A DNA stretch of 64,000 nucleotides from assembly GCA_938041435.1 (NCBI GenBank), contig CALISR010000008.1:5100-69099 (forward strand). Reading direction: 5' to 3'. The DNA comes from an uncultured Candidatus Saccharibacteria bacterium. GTDB taxonomy: Bacteria; Patescibacteriota; Saccharimonadia; Saccharimonadales; Saccharimonadaceae. Under the pieces are notes generated by a model that was not told the origin of the DNA, ran no database searches, and saw only the letters and a program-made list of their open reading frames with translations. Position 1 is the first letter of the stretch, and each line of letters opens with the position of its first letter. The position numbers and the translations under genes are program-made. This document shows, piece by piece, positions 38,176 through 49,831 of the stretch.

Positions 38176-39985
38176 ATGACTAAACTACCTATCACCATAC
38201 CTACCCCCTCACTACGCCAACGCCTGGCAGGGCTGTGGCTGGTGGTGCGGATTATTTGGCGGGAGGCACCACTGACGATTGTGGTCCAGGCAGTGGGAGC
38301 GGTGCTGTCGGCGGTGCTGCCACTGGCCACGGCATACTATGCCGCTCTTGCGACAACGGCTTTGGCTGAGGCATATGCGGCGGGTGGTCAGCCGCAGCTC
38401 CTCACCTATGTAGTGGTGACTGTGGTACTGGGCGTTGTGGCGAGTGTGTGGTCGGTGGTGCAAGGGTATTATGATCAAGTGTCGCGCTATCGCATCGAGG
38501 CTGCCATGAGCGACCACATGTATGCCCGTCTCCACGCGCTGGATTTTTGGCGATACGATGACCCTGCGACCATTGATATGTTTGATAAAGCGCAGCGCTT
38601 CGTCCAGTCATTTTCGTACCTCTTTATCCAACTGGTGCGAATGCTGACAGCGCTGGTGTCGCTGGCAACAAGCCTGTGGATGATGGTGATGGTGAGCTGG
38701 TGGCTGGGGCTGCTCGTGCTTGTGGCGCTTGTGCCAAGTAGTGTGGTGCAGGTGCGGCTGTCGCGTTTGCAGGCTGGTCACTGGCGCGAGCAAGTGGCGA
38801 CGCGGCGGCGCATGGCGTGGATCGAGCACATCCTTAGCCGGCCGAACTTCATTGCCGAGCTGCGCCTCTATGGAGTGATCCACCATCTACTTGGTGAGCG
38901 AGCAGCACTGCGGAATAAAGATCGGCTGCGGGTGCTTGGCTACGAGCGCCGCTTTATGGGGCAGCGCCTGGGCGGAGAGATTATCCAGGCGGCAGCAGAG
39001 GTGGTGGCGCTTGCTTGGGTGGTGCTGGAGATCGTGGCACACCGTCAGCCGATTGGGCAATTTGTGCTCGTGCAGCAAATGGTAGGACGAGTGATGAGTG
39101 GGATGGACAGCGTGATCAATACATATAATATGATTGACGAAGACCTCGCCACCATGACAGACTACCAGCAGTTTATGGCGCTGCCTACCATGAGCCAGGC
39201 AGCCACCATTGATGAGGTAACGCTGCGTGATGCGATCGCGGTGCAGCAAGTGTCATTTTGCTATCCAGGCACGCAGACGGCGGTGCTGCGTGATATTTCT
39301 TTCACTATTCGCCGTGGTCAGCACATTGCCATCGTGGGCGAAAATGGCGCTGGCAAGAGCACGCTCGCTCGGTTGCTTACTGGTCTGTACCAGCCTACCA
39401 AGGGCAGTATTACCATTGATGGGCACGACCGACCTCCGTCATATCAACCCAGCAGCCTGGCATCGGCAATTGGCCGTATTGGGGCAGGAGTTCATCCGCT
39501 ATGACTTCGCTACGGCGCACGAGAATGTCTGGTATGGCGATGTCTCGCAGCCAGTGGATGCAGCGCGCCGCGATGCTGCGCTGCGCCAGGCCGAGGCAGC
39601 CGATTTTGTCCGTAAGCTCCCTCATGGTGGGAGCAGCTACATCAGCAAATGGATGGAGGCGGATGACCACGAAACGGGGGTCGATCTATCTGGTGGGCAG
39701 TGGCAGCGCCTTGCTTTGGCGCGCAACTTGTATCGCAATGCGCCCATCATCATCCTCGATGAGCCCACCAGCGCCATTGATGCCGCCGCCGAAGCGCGCA
39801 TCTTTCGCCATCTCTTTGCCCAGCAGGGCAAGACTATCATCACCATTAGCCACCGCTATAGTACCGTCAAGAAGGCGGACGCCATCTACGTCATCGCCCA
39901 CGGCCGCATCGTCGAGCATGGCACTGCCACCGCACTCATGGCGCAGCGTGGTGCATTCTACGAGATGTTCAAAGAACAGATATAG
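38176..39985 (+). pseudogene. ABC exporter (fused TMD+NBD), frameshifted
   Basis: TMD and Walker A GENGAGKS in one frame; LSGGQ, ILDEPT and SHR in another; GACC duplicated at 39427-39434. Confidence 0.85.
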
Positions 39986-40004
39986 TTTGGTATAATAGGA
40001 GTGT

Positions 40005-40078
40005 GGCGCCGTGGCCGAGAGGTTAGGCAGAGCTCTGCAAAAGCTCGTACAGCGGTTCGAGTCCGCTCGGTGCCTCCA
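40005..40078 (+). tRNA. tRNA-Cys (GCA)
   Basis: Acceptor GGCGCCG/CGGTGCC, anticodon arm GAGCT-ctGCAaa-AGCTC, GGTTCGA, encoded CCA. Confidence 0.96.
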
Positions 40079-40085
40079 TGTGTTA

Positions 40086-40298
40086 TTATTTTTGGAATGC
40101 TTTATACCAGCCCATCTGCTGTGCAGTGTGTCGCTTGTGGCAATTCGCACAGAGGATGCGGCATTTTTTCATTTCGACCACGACGTCTGGCCACGAGTAT
40201 CCCAGTCGGACTGCTTGCATTGGGTATGGCGTGTGCCAGTCGCAGTGTTCCTCACGAAAAAGTCGCTTTTTGGCTTGTGTTCGCCACATTTTGAGCAT
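40086..40298 (-). pseudogene. HNH endonuclease C-terminal remnant
   Basis: E..KCRILCANCH.R.TA.Q.GW motif; N-terminal CxxC and DH not evident. Confidence 0.55.
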
Positions 40299-40322
40299 GG
40301 TTTCATGATTCGTAAAAATAGG

Positions 40323-40910
40323 TTATGACATCAGTAGATCGCGCAGCTCGGGGAAGGTTGGTTGGAAGAAATGATTGCGATCTTCGAAAATATGCGCCTG
40401 AGCAGTCGGCACGTCTCGCTGAAATTTAGCAAGCTCTGTAAAAGGCACAACCGGGTCATCTTTACTGTGGAATAGGTGGATCTCCTTTGCTGATTTTTCG
40501 AGTCCTGTGGCGCTTACTACCTGAAAGCTACCGAGGTCTTCATTCGATTCATCGTCATAGCACGGCGAAACTAGCACGAGCCGCCGGACTGGCATATGCA
40601 GTGGTGATTCATGCAAGTACTTTGCCAAAAACATTGCGCCCAAACTATAACCAACCAGCTGAACGTCATCACCAAGCAGAGGTAATAACTTTTCAAAGTA
40701 TATTTTCCACTCAGCGTAGTGAGCATTTTGCTTATTAGGGAAATCTGGCAGCAAAACATCGGCGTCGACGATTTCCTGTGCCAGCCAGTCACGCCATTTT
40801 TGCGCCCACAGTAGCCGTTCGTACTGCAGCTGGCTATTCTTTAGATTATTCAAGTAATTTTCGTAGCTATTAAAGCTTGATCCGCCGTGAATTATTACAA
40901 TTTGCTTCAT
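40323..40910 (-). CDS. YdeN/RBBP9-like alpha/beta hydrolase
   Basis: IIHGG, GYSLGA nucleophile elbow, HSKDDPVVP, RNHF. Confidence 0.9.
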   Translation of the reverse strand: MKQIVIIHGGSSFNSYENYLNNLKNSQLQYERLLWAQKWRDWLAQEIVDADVLLPDFPNKQNAHYAEWKIYFEKLLPLLGDDVQLVGYSLGAMFLAKYLHESPLHMPVRRLVLVSPCYDDESNEDLGSFQVVSATGLEKSAKEIHLFHSKDDPVVPFTELAKFQRDVPTAQAHIFEDRNHFFQPTFPELRDLLMS

Positions 40911-40965
40911 AAACATAGTATAATACAAGCAGCACATGGCTGCTATGCCAGAAGTGCGACTGCAA

Positions 40966-41051
40966 GCGCGAGTGGCGGAACTGGTAGACGCGAGGGACTT
41001 AAAATCCCTTGGCCAAAAGCCGTGCGGGTTCGATTCCCGCCTTGCGCACCA
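40966..41051 (+). tRNA. tRNA-Leu (TAA)
   Basis: Acceptor GCGCGAG/CTTGCGC, AGGGA-ctTAAaa-TCCCT, long variable arm, GGTTCGATT, CCA. Confidence 0.96.
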
Positions 41052-41067
41052 GGCATGATATAACAGA

Positions 41068-41095
41068 GAAAACCACTTGAGGAGAGTGGTTTTTC
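41068..41095 (+). terminator. Terminator after tRNA-Leu
   Basis: GAAAACCACT-n7-AGTGGTTTTT. Confidence 0.65.
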
Positions 41096-41236
41096 GTATA
41101 CATAGCCAGAAGGGTGAGTGTGGCGGCATTCGTGCTGGCCACTAACCCAAGATTTATTGTAGAATTACCATAGCGGCTAGTATAAGTCACACAATTTGCT
41201 ATAATAAGGCTATAACCAAAAAGGAGAAACGACACT

Positions 41237-41806
41237 ATGACAATAGCATTAATCGTTTTGCTCGGCGTGATTGGCCTGCTCGTTTTGTTTGGCATCTTCA
41301 TGTGGGCAACGTACAACAGCTTGGTCAAGCTGAAGATCCGCGTGGACGAAGCTTGGAGCGACATTACTGTCCAGCTTAAGCGCCGAACAGACCTCATCCC
41401 GAACTTAGTGGGCACTGTGAAGGGCTATGCGTCGCACGAGAAGGAGGTCTTCGAGAACGTGGCAGAGGCTCGCAGCGCCATCATGAATGCCCAAGGCGTG
41501 CAAGAGACGGCTGCGGCAGAGAATATGATCGAGGGTGCTCTGAAGAGCTTGTTTGCCGTAGCAGAGGCTTACCCAGAGCTCAAGGCCAACCAAAACTTCA
41601 TCCAGCTGCAGCAAGAGCTGGTAGACACTGAGGACAAGATCCAGGCAGCGCGCCGCTTCTACAACGGTGGTGTGCGCGACCTCAACACTCGCATTGCTAT
41701 GTTCCCCGCCAACATCGTGGCTGGCATGCTGGGCTTCAAAGCTCGCGAGTTCTTCGAGGTCGAAGACCGTGCCAGTGTCGAAAACCCAGTGCAGGTGCAG
41801 TTCTAG
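41237..41806 (+). CDS. lemA: LemA family protein
   Basis: YNSLV, AWSDI.VQLKRR.DLIPNLV, AEAYPELKA, RRFYN, FPANIVA. Confidence 0.96.
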   Translation: MTIALIVLLGVIGLLVLFGIFMWATYNSLVKLKIRVDEAWSDITVQLKRRTDLIPNLVGTVKGYASHEKEVFENVAEARSAIMNAQGVQETAAAENMIEGALKSLFAVAEAYPELKANQNFIQLQQELVDTEDKIQAARRFYNGGVRDLNTRIAMFPANIVAGMLGFKAREFFEVEDRASVENPVQVQF

Positions 41807-41826
41807 GCATCACGCGTAGTATAGCG

Positions 41827-41852
41827 AAACCGCCCTCGATGGAGGGCGGTTT
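41827..41852 (+). terminator. Terminator after lemA
   Basis: AAACCGCCCTC-gatg-GAGGGCGGTTT. Confidence 0.7.
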
Positions 41853-42130
41853 GTTATTATTTTGCAACAGTATAAGGGCTGTGATGTCAGGTTGTATGTC
41901 GTTCTTGGTGAGGGGTGCTTGAGAAGAGTTATGGCTACAGCGAGCGGCTTATCGCTTGGCTGAGAGTGTTTTATCTAGAAGGTGGGGGATTTGAGTAATA
42001 AAAATAATTGCAATGATTAGAGTGCTAGAGTGCTGCCAGCAGGTGAGAACATCGCGAGAGGCGAACATGACAAGCAGAGCAAGAGAGGGTAGACACCCTT
42101 CTAGGATGGATGTCATGTTCGATAGGGATG

Positions 42131-42457
42131 TCACACGAAGAAGTGCACAAACCACCCTGACACTAGCGTGAGAGTAATGAGGATAAATAGTCTCAAATAC
42201 TTCTCTAGGTCAGAGCAATTGCTCCGCTCCCCTGATGACGAGCCATTAATAAGACTCGCGGTTAGCATGATGCCAAGAGATTGAAACATGCTGATTTGTG
42301 GCACTCCAAAAATGGGAACAATAAACCAGCCCCAAAGTAGGCTAAACGTCCACACTCCGAGAAATCCGGATGCAAACACAAGTACACACTCAGCAATGAC
42401 GGTACCCCTAGTCTTCGTCTCTTTCTCGGTAATGGTGATTCTGACGTCACTCATCAT
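42131..42457 (-). CDS. Small orphan membrane protein
   Basis: 3 hydrophobic segments, LWGWFIVPIFGVPQISMFQSLG; GGGAG RBS before MMSDV. Confidence 0.6.
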   Translation of the reverse strand: MMSDVRITITEKETKTRGTVIAECVLVFASGFLGVWTFSLLWGWFIVPIFGVPQISMFQSLGIMLTASLINGSSSGERSNCSDLEKYLRLFILITLTLVSGWFVHFFV

Positions 42458-42649
42458 CTTACTCTCTCCCCACCCAAGCGGACGCTCGTGTAGAATCACA
42501 CTGGTCGACGCTCGGATGCGGCGACTCAAGGTGGGGTGCTGGGGCGCGGCTATGGTAGCCATGCCTGGGCAGCCCACCTTGAGCGGTATGCTCTGCTTGT
42601 CAAACAACACTTTTGGACAAAATGCGAACATGTGTCAACAAAAGCTGAT

Positions 42650-42680
42650 ATATATATCAATATATGAGGGGCGAGTCAAG
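42650..42680 (-). repeat. 31-bp promoter-like motif, copy 1
   Basis: + strand ATATATATCAATATATGAGGGGCGAGTCAAG; matches 54251-54281. Confidence 0.7.
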
Positions 42681-42790
42681 TGGGTGCAACGTAGGCCCGA
42701 AAACCTCACTAATAGTCAGCGCAGAGAATGCGGCGCTCGGAGATTAACGCGAGTGCCTGCAAAACCACCATTATCTGCTACAATATATCT

Positions 42791-43684
42791 ATGTACAGAG
42801 CAATTGCACACAACAAACGTAATACAGTTATTTTGATGATCGTCTTCGTCGCGATGGTGGCGGTGATTGGCCTGGCGGCGCAGTTAATTATGAATAGCCG
42901 CGGCATGCAGGGCAACCTGACGATCTTTTGGGGGACGTTCATTGGGGCGCTGATCTATGCATTGGTGCAGTACTTCATCGCTTCTAAGCTTGCTATGAGT
43001 ATGACTGGTGCAGTGGAGATTCGCAAGGCGGATAACCCCCGTTTGTGGCGCACCGTCGAGAATCTTGCCATCACCGTGGGGCTACCTATGCCGCAGGTGT
43101 ATATTATCGACGACCCGGCACCGAACGCCTTTGCCACTGGCCGCGACCCCAAGCATGCCATTGTGGGTGTGACGACGGGCCTGCTGGAGATTATGGATGA
43201 TCGTGAGCTGACCGCTGTGCTGGCCCATGAGATGGGGCACGTCCAAAACTACGATATTCGGGTGAGTATGATTACCTTTGGTCTGGTGAGTGCGATTGGT
43301 CTGGTGTCGGATATTGCGCTGCGTATGCTGTGGTTCCGTGACAATGATGACCGCGAGACCAATCCGGTGCTATTGGTGCTTGGCATTGTCGCTATTATCC
43401 TCGCACCCATCGTGGCGGCCATTATGCAAATGGCGGTGAGTCGCCAGCGTGAGTACCTGGCCGATGCGACTGGTGCACTAACGACACGCGACCCAGCTGG
43501 CCTGGCTAGCGCGCTGGGTAAGCTGCAGGCATACACTCGCCCGATGGAGAAGCAGGTCAGCTCAAGCGCTAATATGTTTATGGTGAACCCGCTCAAACCA
43601 GGGTTTTTTAGCCGGTTATTTAGCACCCACCCACCGCTCGAAGACCGCATCAAGCGCCTCAACGAAGATATGAATAAATGGTAG
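42791..43684 (+). CDS. htpX: HtpX-like M48 zinc metalloprotease
   Basis: PNAFATGR, AHEMGH, SRQREYLAD, FSTHPP..RI. Confidence 0.94.
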   Translation: MYRAIAHNKRNTVILMIVFVAMVAVIGLAAQLIMNSRGMQGNLTIFWGTFIGALIYALVQYFIASKLAMSMTGAVEIRKADNPRLWRTVENLAITVGLPMPQVYIIDDPAPNAFATGRDPKHAIVGVTTGLLEIMDDRELTAVLAHEMGHVQNYDIRVSMITFGLVSAIGLVSDIALRMLWFRDNDDRETNPVLLVLGIVAIILAPIVAAIMQMAVSRQREYLADATGALTTRDPAGLASALGKLQAYTRPMEKQVSSSANMFMVNPLKPGFFSRLFSTHPPLEDRIKRLNEDMNKW

Positions 43685-43688
43685 GGTC

Positions 43689-44936
43689 GTGCCTGTGGCA
43701 AAAAAAACAAAGTCAACTCGCCGCTCATCATTACGCACCGCTCCAACGGTGGCTATGAGCCAACATCGTTCAAAAAAAGAGGTAAAACACCCTGACGTTG
43801 CAAAAAAGACAACATCACCCTCTCATGGTACTGCTTCCGCAAAAGCCCGCTCGCAGCACTCGAATGATACTCCATCGACGCTGCTCAGCTGGCACACTAA
43901 CCTCCATTGGCGGACCTGGCAGGCTCGCGGTGGTAGGGTAGTAGCGAGCAGTCGCCGATGGTTGCATAATTTACAACTGAGACGGCCGCATCGAAGCTTT
44001 CGTCGCACTCGTCGACGTGATTATGCGCGTTCGTTGCAATTACCAGGCTACGTCGCCTTTACTGCACAAGTGATGCGGATGGTGCGGGCGCACTGGCGGA
44101 CGTTGTGTCTCTTGGCGGTGTTTTATGCCGTGCTGCTCTTGGCGCTTGGGGCGATTACCAACCAGACAATGTACGACCGTCTGCAGAGTATGCTAGCAGA
44201 GTCGGGCAAAGATATTCTCACTGGTGCCTGGGGCAAGCTAGGCGAGGCAGGTCTGCTCATGGTGACGGCCTTTGGTACGGGCAGTGGCAACCTCAGCGCT
44301 GACCAGCAGCTCTATGTGGTGCTGGGCTTTTTACTGGCGTGGCTCACCACAGTGTGGCTATTACGCGAGTACAAGGCAGGGCGAGCGCCACGCCTGCGCG
44401 ATGGGCTGTATAATGCCTGTGCACCACTGGTAGCCACGCTGATGATTGTCCTCGTCTTCCTCGTGCAGCTTATCCCACTGGGGGCGATGGCGCTGGTGTA
44501 TATCGGTCTGTCGAGTAATGGGGTGATTAGCGAAGGATTTGGCTCGATGCTCTTCTATGTGCTACTAGCTACTGTGGCAGTACTGACGCTTTATTGGGGC
44601 ACGAGCACCTTCATTGCGCTTGTGGTGGTGACACTGCCTGGTATGTACCCTATGCGGGCGCTGGCAGCGGCGGGTGACCTGGTGGTAGGGCGACGGCTGC
44701 GGATTTTGTACCGGCTGCTGTGGCTATTTGGCAGTGTGGCAGTGCTGTGGTGTGTGGTGATGATCCCTGCTATTCTCCTTGATGCCTGGCTCAAGCACCT
44801 CTGGCAATGGTACGCCTCTGTGCCGACGATGCCCATCCTAGCGGGCTTCATCAGCTCGGTGACAGTGGTATGGTGCGCAGCATATATCTACCTCCTTTAT
44901 CGCAAAATTGTTGATGATACGGCAGCGCCAGCGTAA
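43689..44936 (+). CDS. Multi-pass membrane protein with basic N-terminal tail
   Basis: RRPHRSFRRTRRRDY then about 6 TM helices; start codon uncertain. Confidence 0.8.
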   Translation: MPVAKKTKSTRRSSLRTAPTVAMSQHRSKKEVKHPDVAKKTTSPSHGTASAKARSQHSNDTPSTLLSWHTNLHWRTWQARGGRVVASSRRWLHNLQLRRPHRSFRRTRRRDYARSLQLPGYVAFTAQVMRMVRAHWRTLCLLAVFYAVLLLALGAITNQTMYDRLQSMLAESGKDILTGAWGKLGEAGLLMVTAFGTGSGNLSADQQLYVVLGFLLAWLTTVWLLREYKAGRAPRLRDGLYNACAPLVATLMIVLVFLVQLIPLGAMALVYIGLSSNGVISEGFGSMLFYVLLATVAVLTLYWGTSTFIALVVVTLPGMYPMRALAAAGDLVVGRRLRILYRLLWLFGSVAVLWCVVMIPAILLDAWLKHLWQWYASVPTMPILAGFISSVTVVWCAAYIYLLYRKIVDDTAAPA

Positions 44937-45020
44937 GGTAGCGTGCCTCGGCAGCGTGTTGTTGGATAAGATATGTGCGTGATTGGTGGGAAATAAACCA
45001 CCTTCTCTAGTATGGTGGTA

Positions 45021-45158
45021 GCTCGTCCTCTCCACATCCCTCCGATAGAACACTATAAGGGTCGATGTCTCCCAGACATCGACCTCTTGCGCTGGGCTGA
45101 AAACTCGTTATTACAACGAGTTTTCACACTCCATCGGATGAATGCGGAGAGGACGAGC
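45021..45158. ncRNA. Candidate multibranch structured RNA or palindromic element
   Basis: 13-bp terminal stem, 6-bp inner stem, two 12-bp perfect hairpins. Confidence 0.45.
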
Positions 45159-45273
45159 GCGAGATGCAGCAAGGAACTACTTTTAGATTAAATATATACT
45201 GCAGCATGGTTACAATGAATCTTCTCTTAAAACACTGCACTCATTGCCAAATTCCGCTATACTAAAGCAGTAA

Positions 45274-47445
<2,172 letters not shown>

Positions 47446-47460
47446 GCAGGAGAAAGGCAC

Positions 47461-48066
47461 ATGGCAACCCCAGAACAACCGCAAAGAGACGAATTAATCG
47501 CTGCAGCGAAAAGCATGGCGCCGTTTCCAATTCTCATGGCAACCTTTATGCTCGTGTATGCTGTGTGGTTTGGTGTAGCATGGGGTGTTATTGGCTGGGC
47601 GGTCTTTGCACTATTTGGTGTGTATGCGGCATGGCTGATTTTTTGCGGCGTGCAGCATATCCGTGTGACGAAAAAATTGCCCAAGCCAGCACCAACGCCA
47701 GTCAGCAAGCGGATCGCTAAGCAGATGCAGCTGCTGAGCACGGTGTCGTATGCACCGCTTTGGATTATCTTTGCGCTGCTTGGTATGTTTCAGCAGCAGA
47801 TTTATATCATGCCGGTGCTTGTGCTGACCGTTGGGCTGCACTTCATTCCGCAGGCAAAGATCTTTGACCGGACGATCGATTATTATCTTGCACCTCTCCC
47901 CATCTGCACGGCATTGATTGGCTTCTACCTTGCCTTCGCAACGAGTACTTCGTGGCAAATGGTCTATGCCATCAGCAGCATTGGCGGGGCACTCGCAACC
48001 GCAGGGTATGGACTATATATGGTGCTAGGCCACAAACAACTCATGAACCAAATAAACCACGCGTAA
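47461..48066 (+). CDS. Integral membrane protein (VGLHFxP motif)
   Basis: About 6 TM helices; AGGAG RBS. Confidence 0.75.
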   Translation: MATPEQPQRDELIAAAKSMAPFPILMATFMLVYAVWFGVAWGVIGWAVFALFGVYAAWLIFCGVQHIRVTKKLPKPAPTPVSKRIAKQMQLLSTVSYAPLWIIFALLGMFQQQIYIMPVLVLTVGLHFIPQAKIFDRTIDYYLAPLPICTALIGFYLAFATSTSWQMVYAISSIGGALATAGYGLYMVLGHKQLMNQINHA

Positions 48067-48259
48067 GAGTTATACGACGCCGCACACGTAGTCAGCTGGC
48101 TTGCAAAAAGCAAGCGAAAATAAACGCATAGAATCATCTGAATACATCGCACTATGATTCAAAAATATGATCCTAGAAAGGAGAAATGGTAAATAATGGA
48201 AATTAATAACAACAAGAGCAAAATCACACTAGATATCAGTCTATAACAGAGGTAGTATC

Positions 48260-48769
48260 ATGAATATGACAGACAATACGCACAACAAATCAACCATGGC
48301 TGGCTTCTTTCTAGATGGCTGGTATGTCTTTGATAACTTCGCGCCATGCCAGGTTGAGTGGCGTGGCGTGCTGTACCCCACGAGCGAACATGCCTACCAA
48401 GCGGCGCACTTTTTTGGCACCAATCCAGCTCGGGCTGAGCAGGTGCGCTTATGTCGCTCGCCGCGCTTAGCGTCTGATTTTGCCAACCAGCATAAGGCTG
48501 AAGAAGACCCCAATTGGGACGATAAAAAGGTGGCAATTATGGAAGAAATTGTACGCTGCAAGCTTGCTCAGCACGATCTTGTGCGCGAGACACTCATTGC
48601 ATCGGGCGACCGATATATTGTGGAGATGAATGACGATGACAGCTTTTGGGGTTGGGGTAGCGACCATGCTGGGCGCAATGAGCTTGGCAAGATCTGGATG
48701 CGTCTACGCGATGAGTTGCAAAGTGCAAGTGAAGATAGCCCCATGAATAGTGGTGAACAAAATTCATGA
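48260..48769 (+). CDS. NADAR (YbiA-like) N-glycosidase family protein
   Basis: YPTSEHAYQA, W...K..IM, K..QH, D.FWG.G..GRNELGKIWM.LR. Confidence 0.9.
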   Translation: MNMTDNTHNKSTMAGFFLDGWYVFDNFAPCQVEWRGVLYPTSEHAYQAAHFFGTNPARAEQVRLCRSPRLASDFANQHKAEEDPNWDDKKVAIMEEIVRCKLAQHDLVRETLIASGDRYIVEMNDDDSFWGWGSDHAGRNELGKIWMRLRDELQSASEDSPMNSGEQNS

Positions 48770-48860
48770 TGAAATACTTGTGAGATAATAGCAATTTTTG
48801 ATAGTAGGCTATATAAACCCAAAAGGAACTCAACAACCAACAGGCAAGGAGGACAAGGTA

Positions 48861-49277
48861 ATGGTGCGATTCTATCTCGAAAAGCTCGTACGCGACAAAG
48901 TTGTCGAGAAATGCAAGGCCGACCCGCAGGTACTCCATACGAAATATCATCAATTGGATTGCGCGGCGTATCGCCGTGAGTTACAGCGCAAGATTCATGA
49001 AGAGGCAAACGAAATTCCGCTGGGTGAGGATAGGCTAGAAGAGGCGCTGCAGGAGCTGGCAGATGTGCAGGCTGTTCTCGATGCACTGCGCGATGATTTT
49101 GGCTTTTCACCTCAGCAGGTGCAAGACGCAGTGGCGCGCAAAGCTGCGCACGCTGGCGGTTTTCAAGGGCGCTATTATATTGCGTACAACGATCTAGCGG
49201 AGGATAGCAAATGGGTCGAGGTTTTTCGGGCGCAGCCAGAGAAATATCGAGAAGAGAAATACAAAGGAGATAAATGA
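48861..49277 (+). CDS. MazG-like (all-alpha) NTP pyrophosphohydrolase
   Basis: KLVRDK, K..EEANE, ELADVQ, K..HAGGF; AGGAGG RBS. Confidence 0.85.
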   Translation: MVRFYLEKLVRDKVVEKCKADPQVLHTKYHQLDCAAYRRELQRKIHEEANEIPLGEDRLEEALQELADVQAVLDALRDDFGFSPQQVQDAVARKAAHAGGFQGRYYIAYNDLAEDSKWVEVFRAQPEKYREEKYKGDK

Positions 49278-49831
49278 TGCATCAACCACTATTCATCACG
49301 GGCAACCAACACAAGGCTGACTACCTAGCGCGCATGCTTGGTATGTCGCTGGAGTATCGCAAGATTGATTTGGTAGAGATTCAATCGTCTTCGCCTGAGG
49401 AGGTTGTTCGACATAAAGTGCGTGAAGCGTATGCGATTGCTCAGCAGCCTGTTCTTGTTGAAGATGTGTCGCTGGGATTTGCGGCGCTGAATGGGTTACC
49501 TGGCCCATTCATTAAGTTCTTCGTTGAGGCACCAGATGGACTGGAAAAATTATGCCGCATGCTTGATGGATTTGATGATAGATCAGCGCTGGCGGTAGGT
49601 GTGTTTGGTTACTATGATGGCTGCGAGATGAATATTTTTCGCAGTGAGCTACCTGGCAGTATTGCAGCGCATCCGCGAGGTGATGGTGGCTTTGGTTGGG
49701 ACAAAATATTTTGCCCAGATGGCTACGATGGCCGGACGCGCGCTGAGTTATCGCCAGAAGAAGATGCAGCGACGTACCAATCCATCAAACCAATTGCAGC
49801 AGTGCGCGAATTTTTACAAACTCATAAGTAA
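49274..49831 (+). CDS. Ham1/ITPase-family non-canonical purine NTP pyrophosphatase
   Basis: FITGN..K, EIQ, VEDVSL..ALNGLPGPFIK, FGWDKIF. Confidence 0.9.
   Translation: MMHQPLFITGNQHKADYLARMLGMSLEYRKIDLVEIQSSSPEEVVRHKVREAYAIAQQPVLVEDVSLGFAALNGLPGPFIKFFVEAPDGLEKLCRMLDGFDDRSALAVGVFGYYDGCEMNIFRSELPGSIAAHPRGDGGFGWDKIFCPDGYDGRTRAELSPEEDAATYQSIKPIAAVREFLQTHK

Noticed and set aside
40911..41129. N-terminal extension of the alpha/beta hydrolase
   Set aside because: It is the antisense translation of tRNA-Leu
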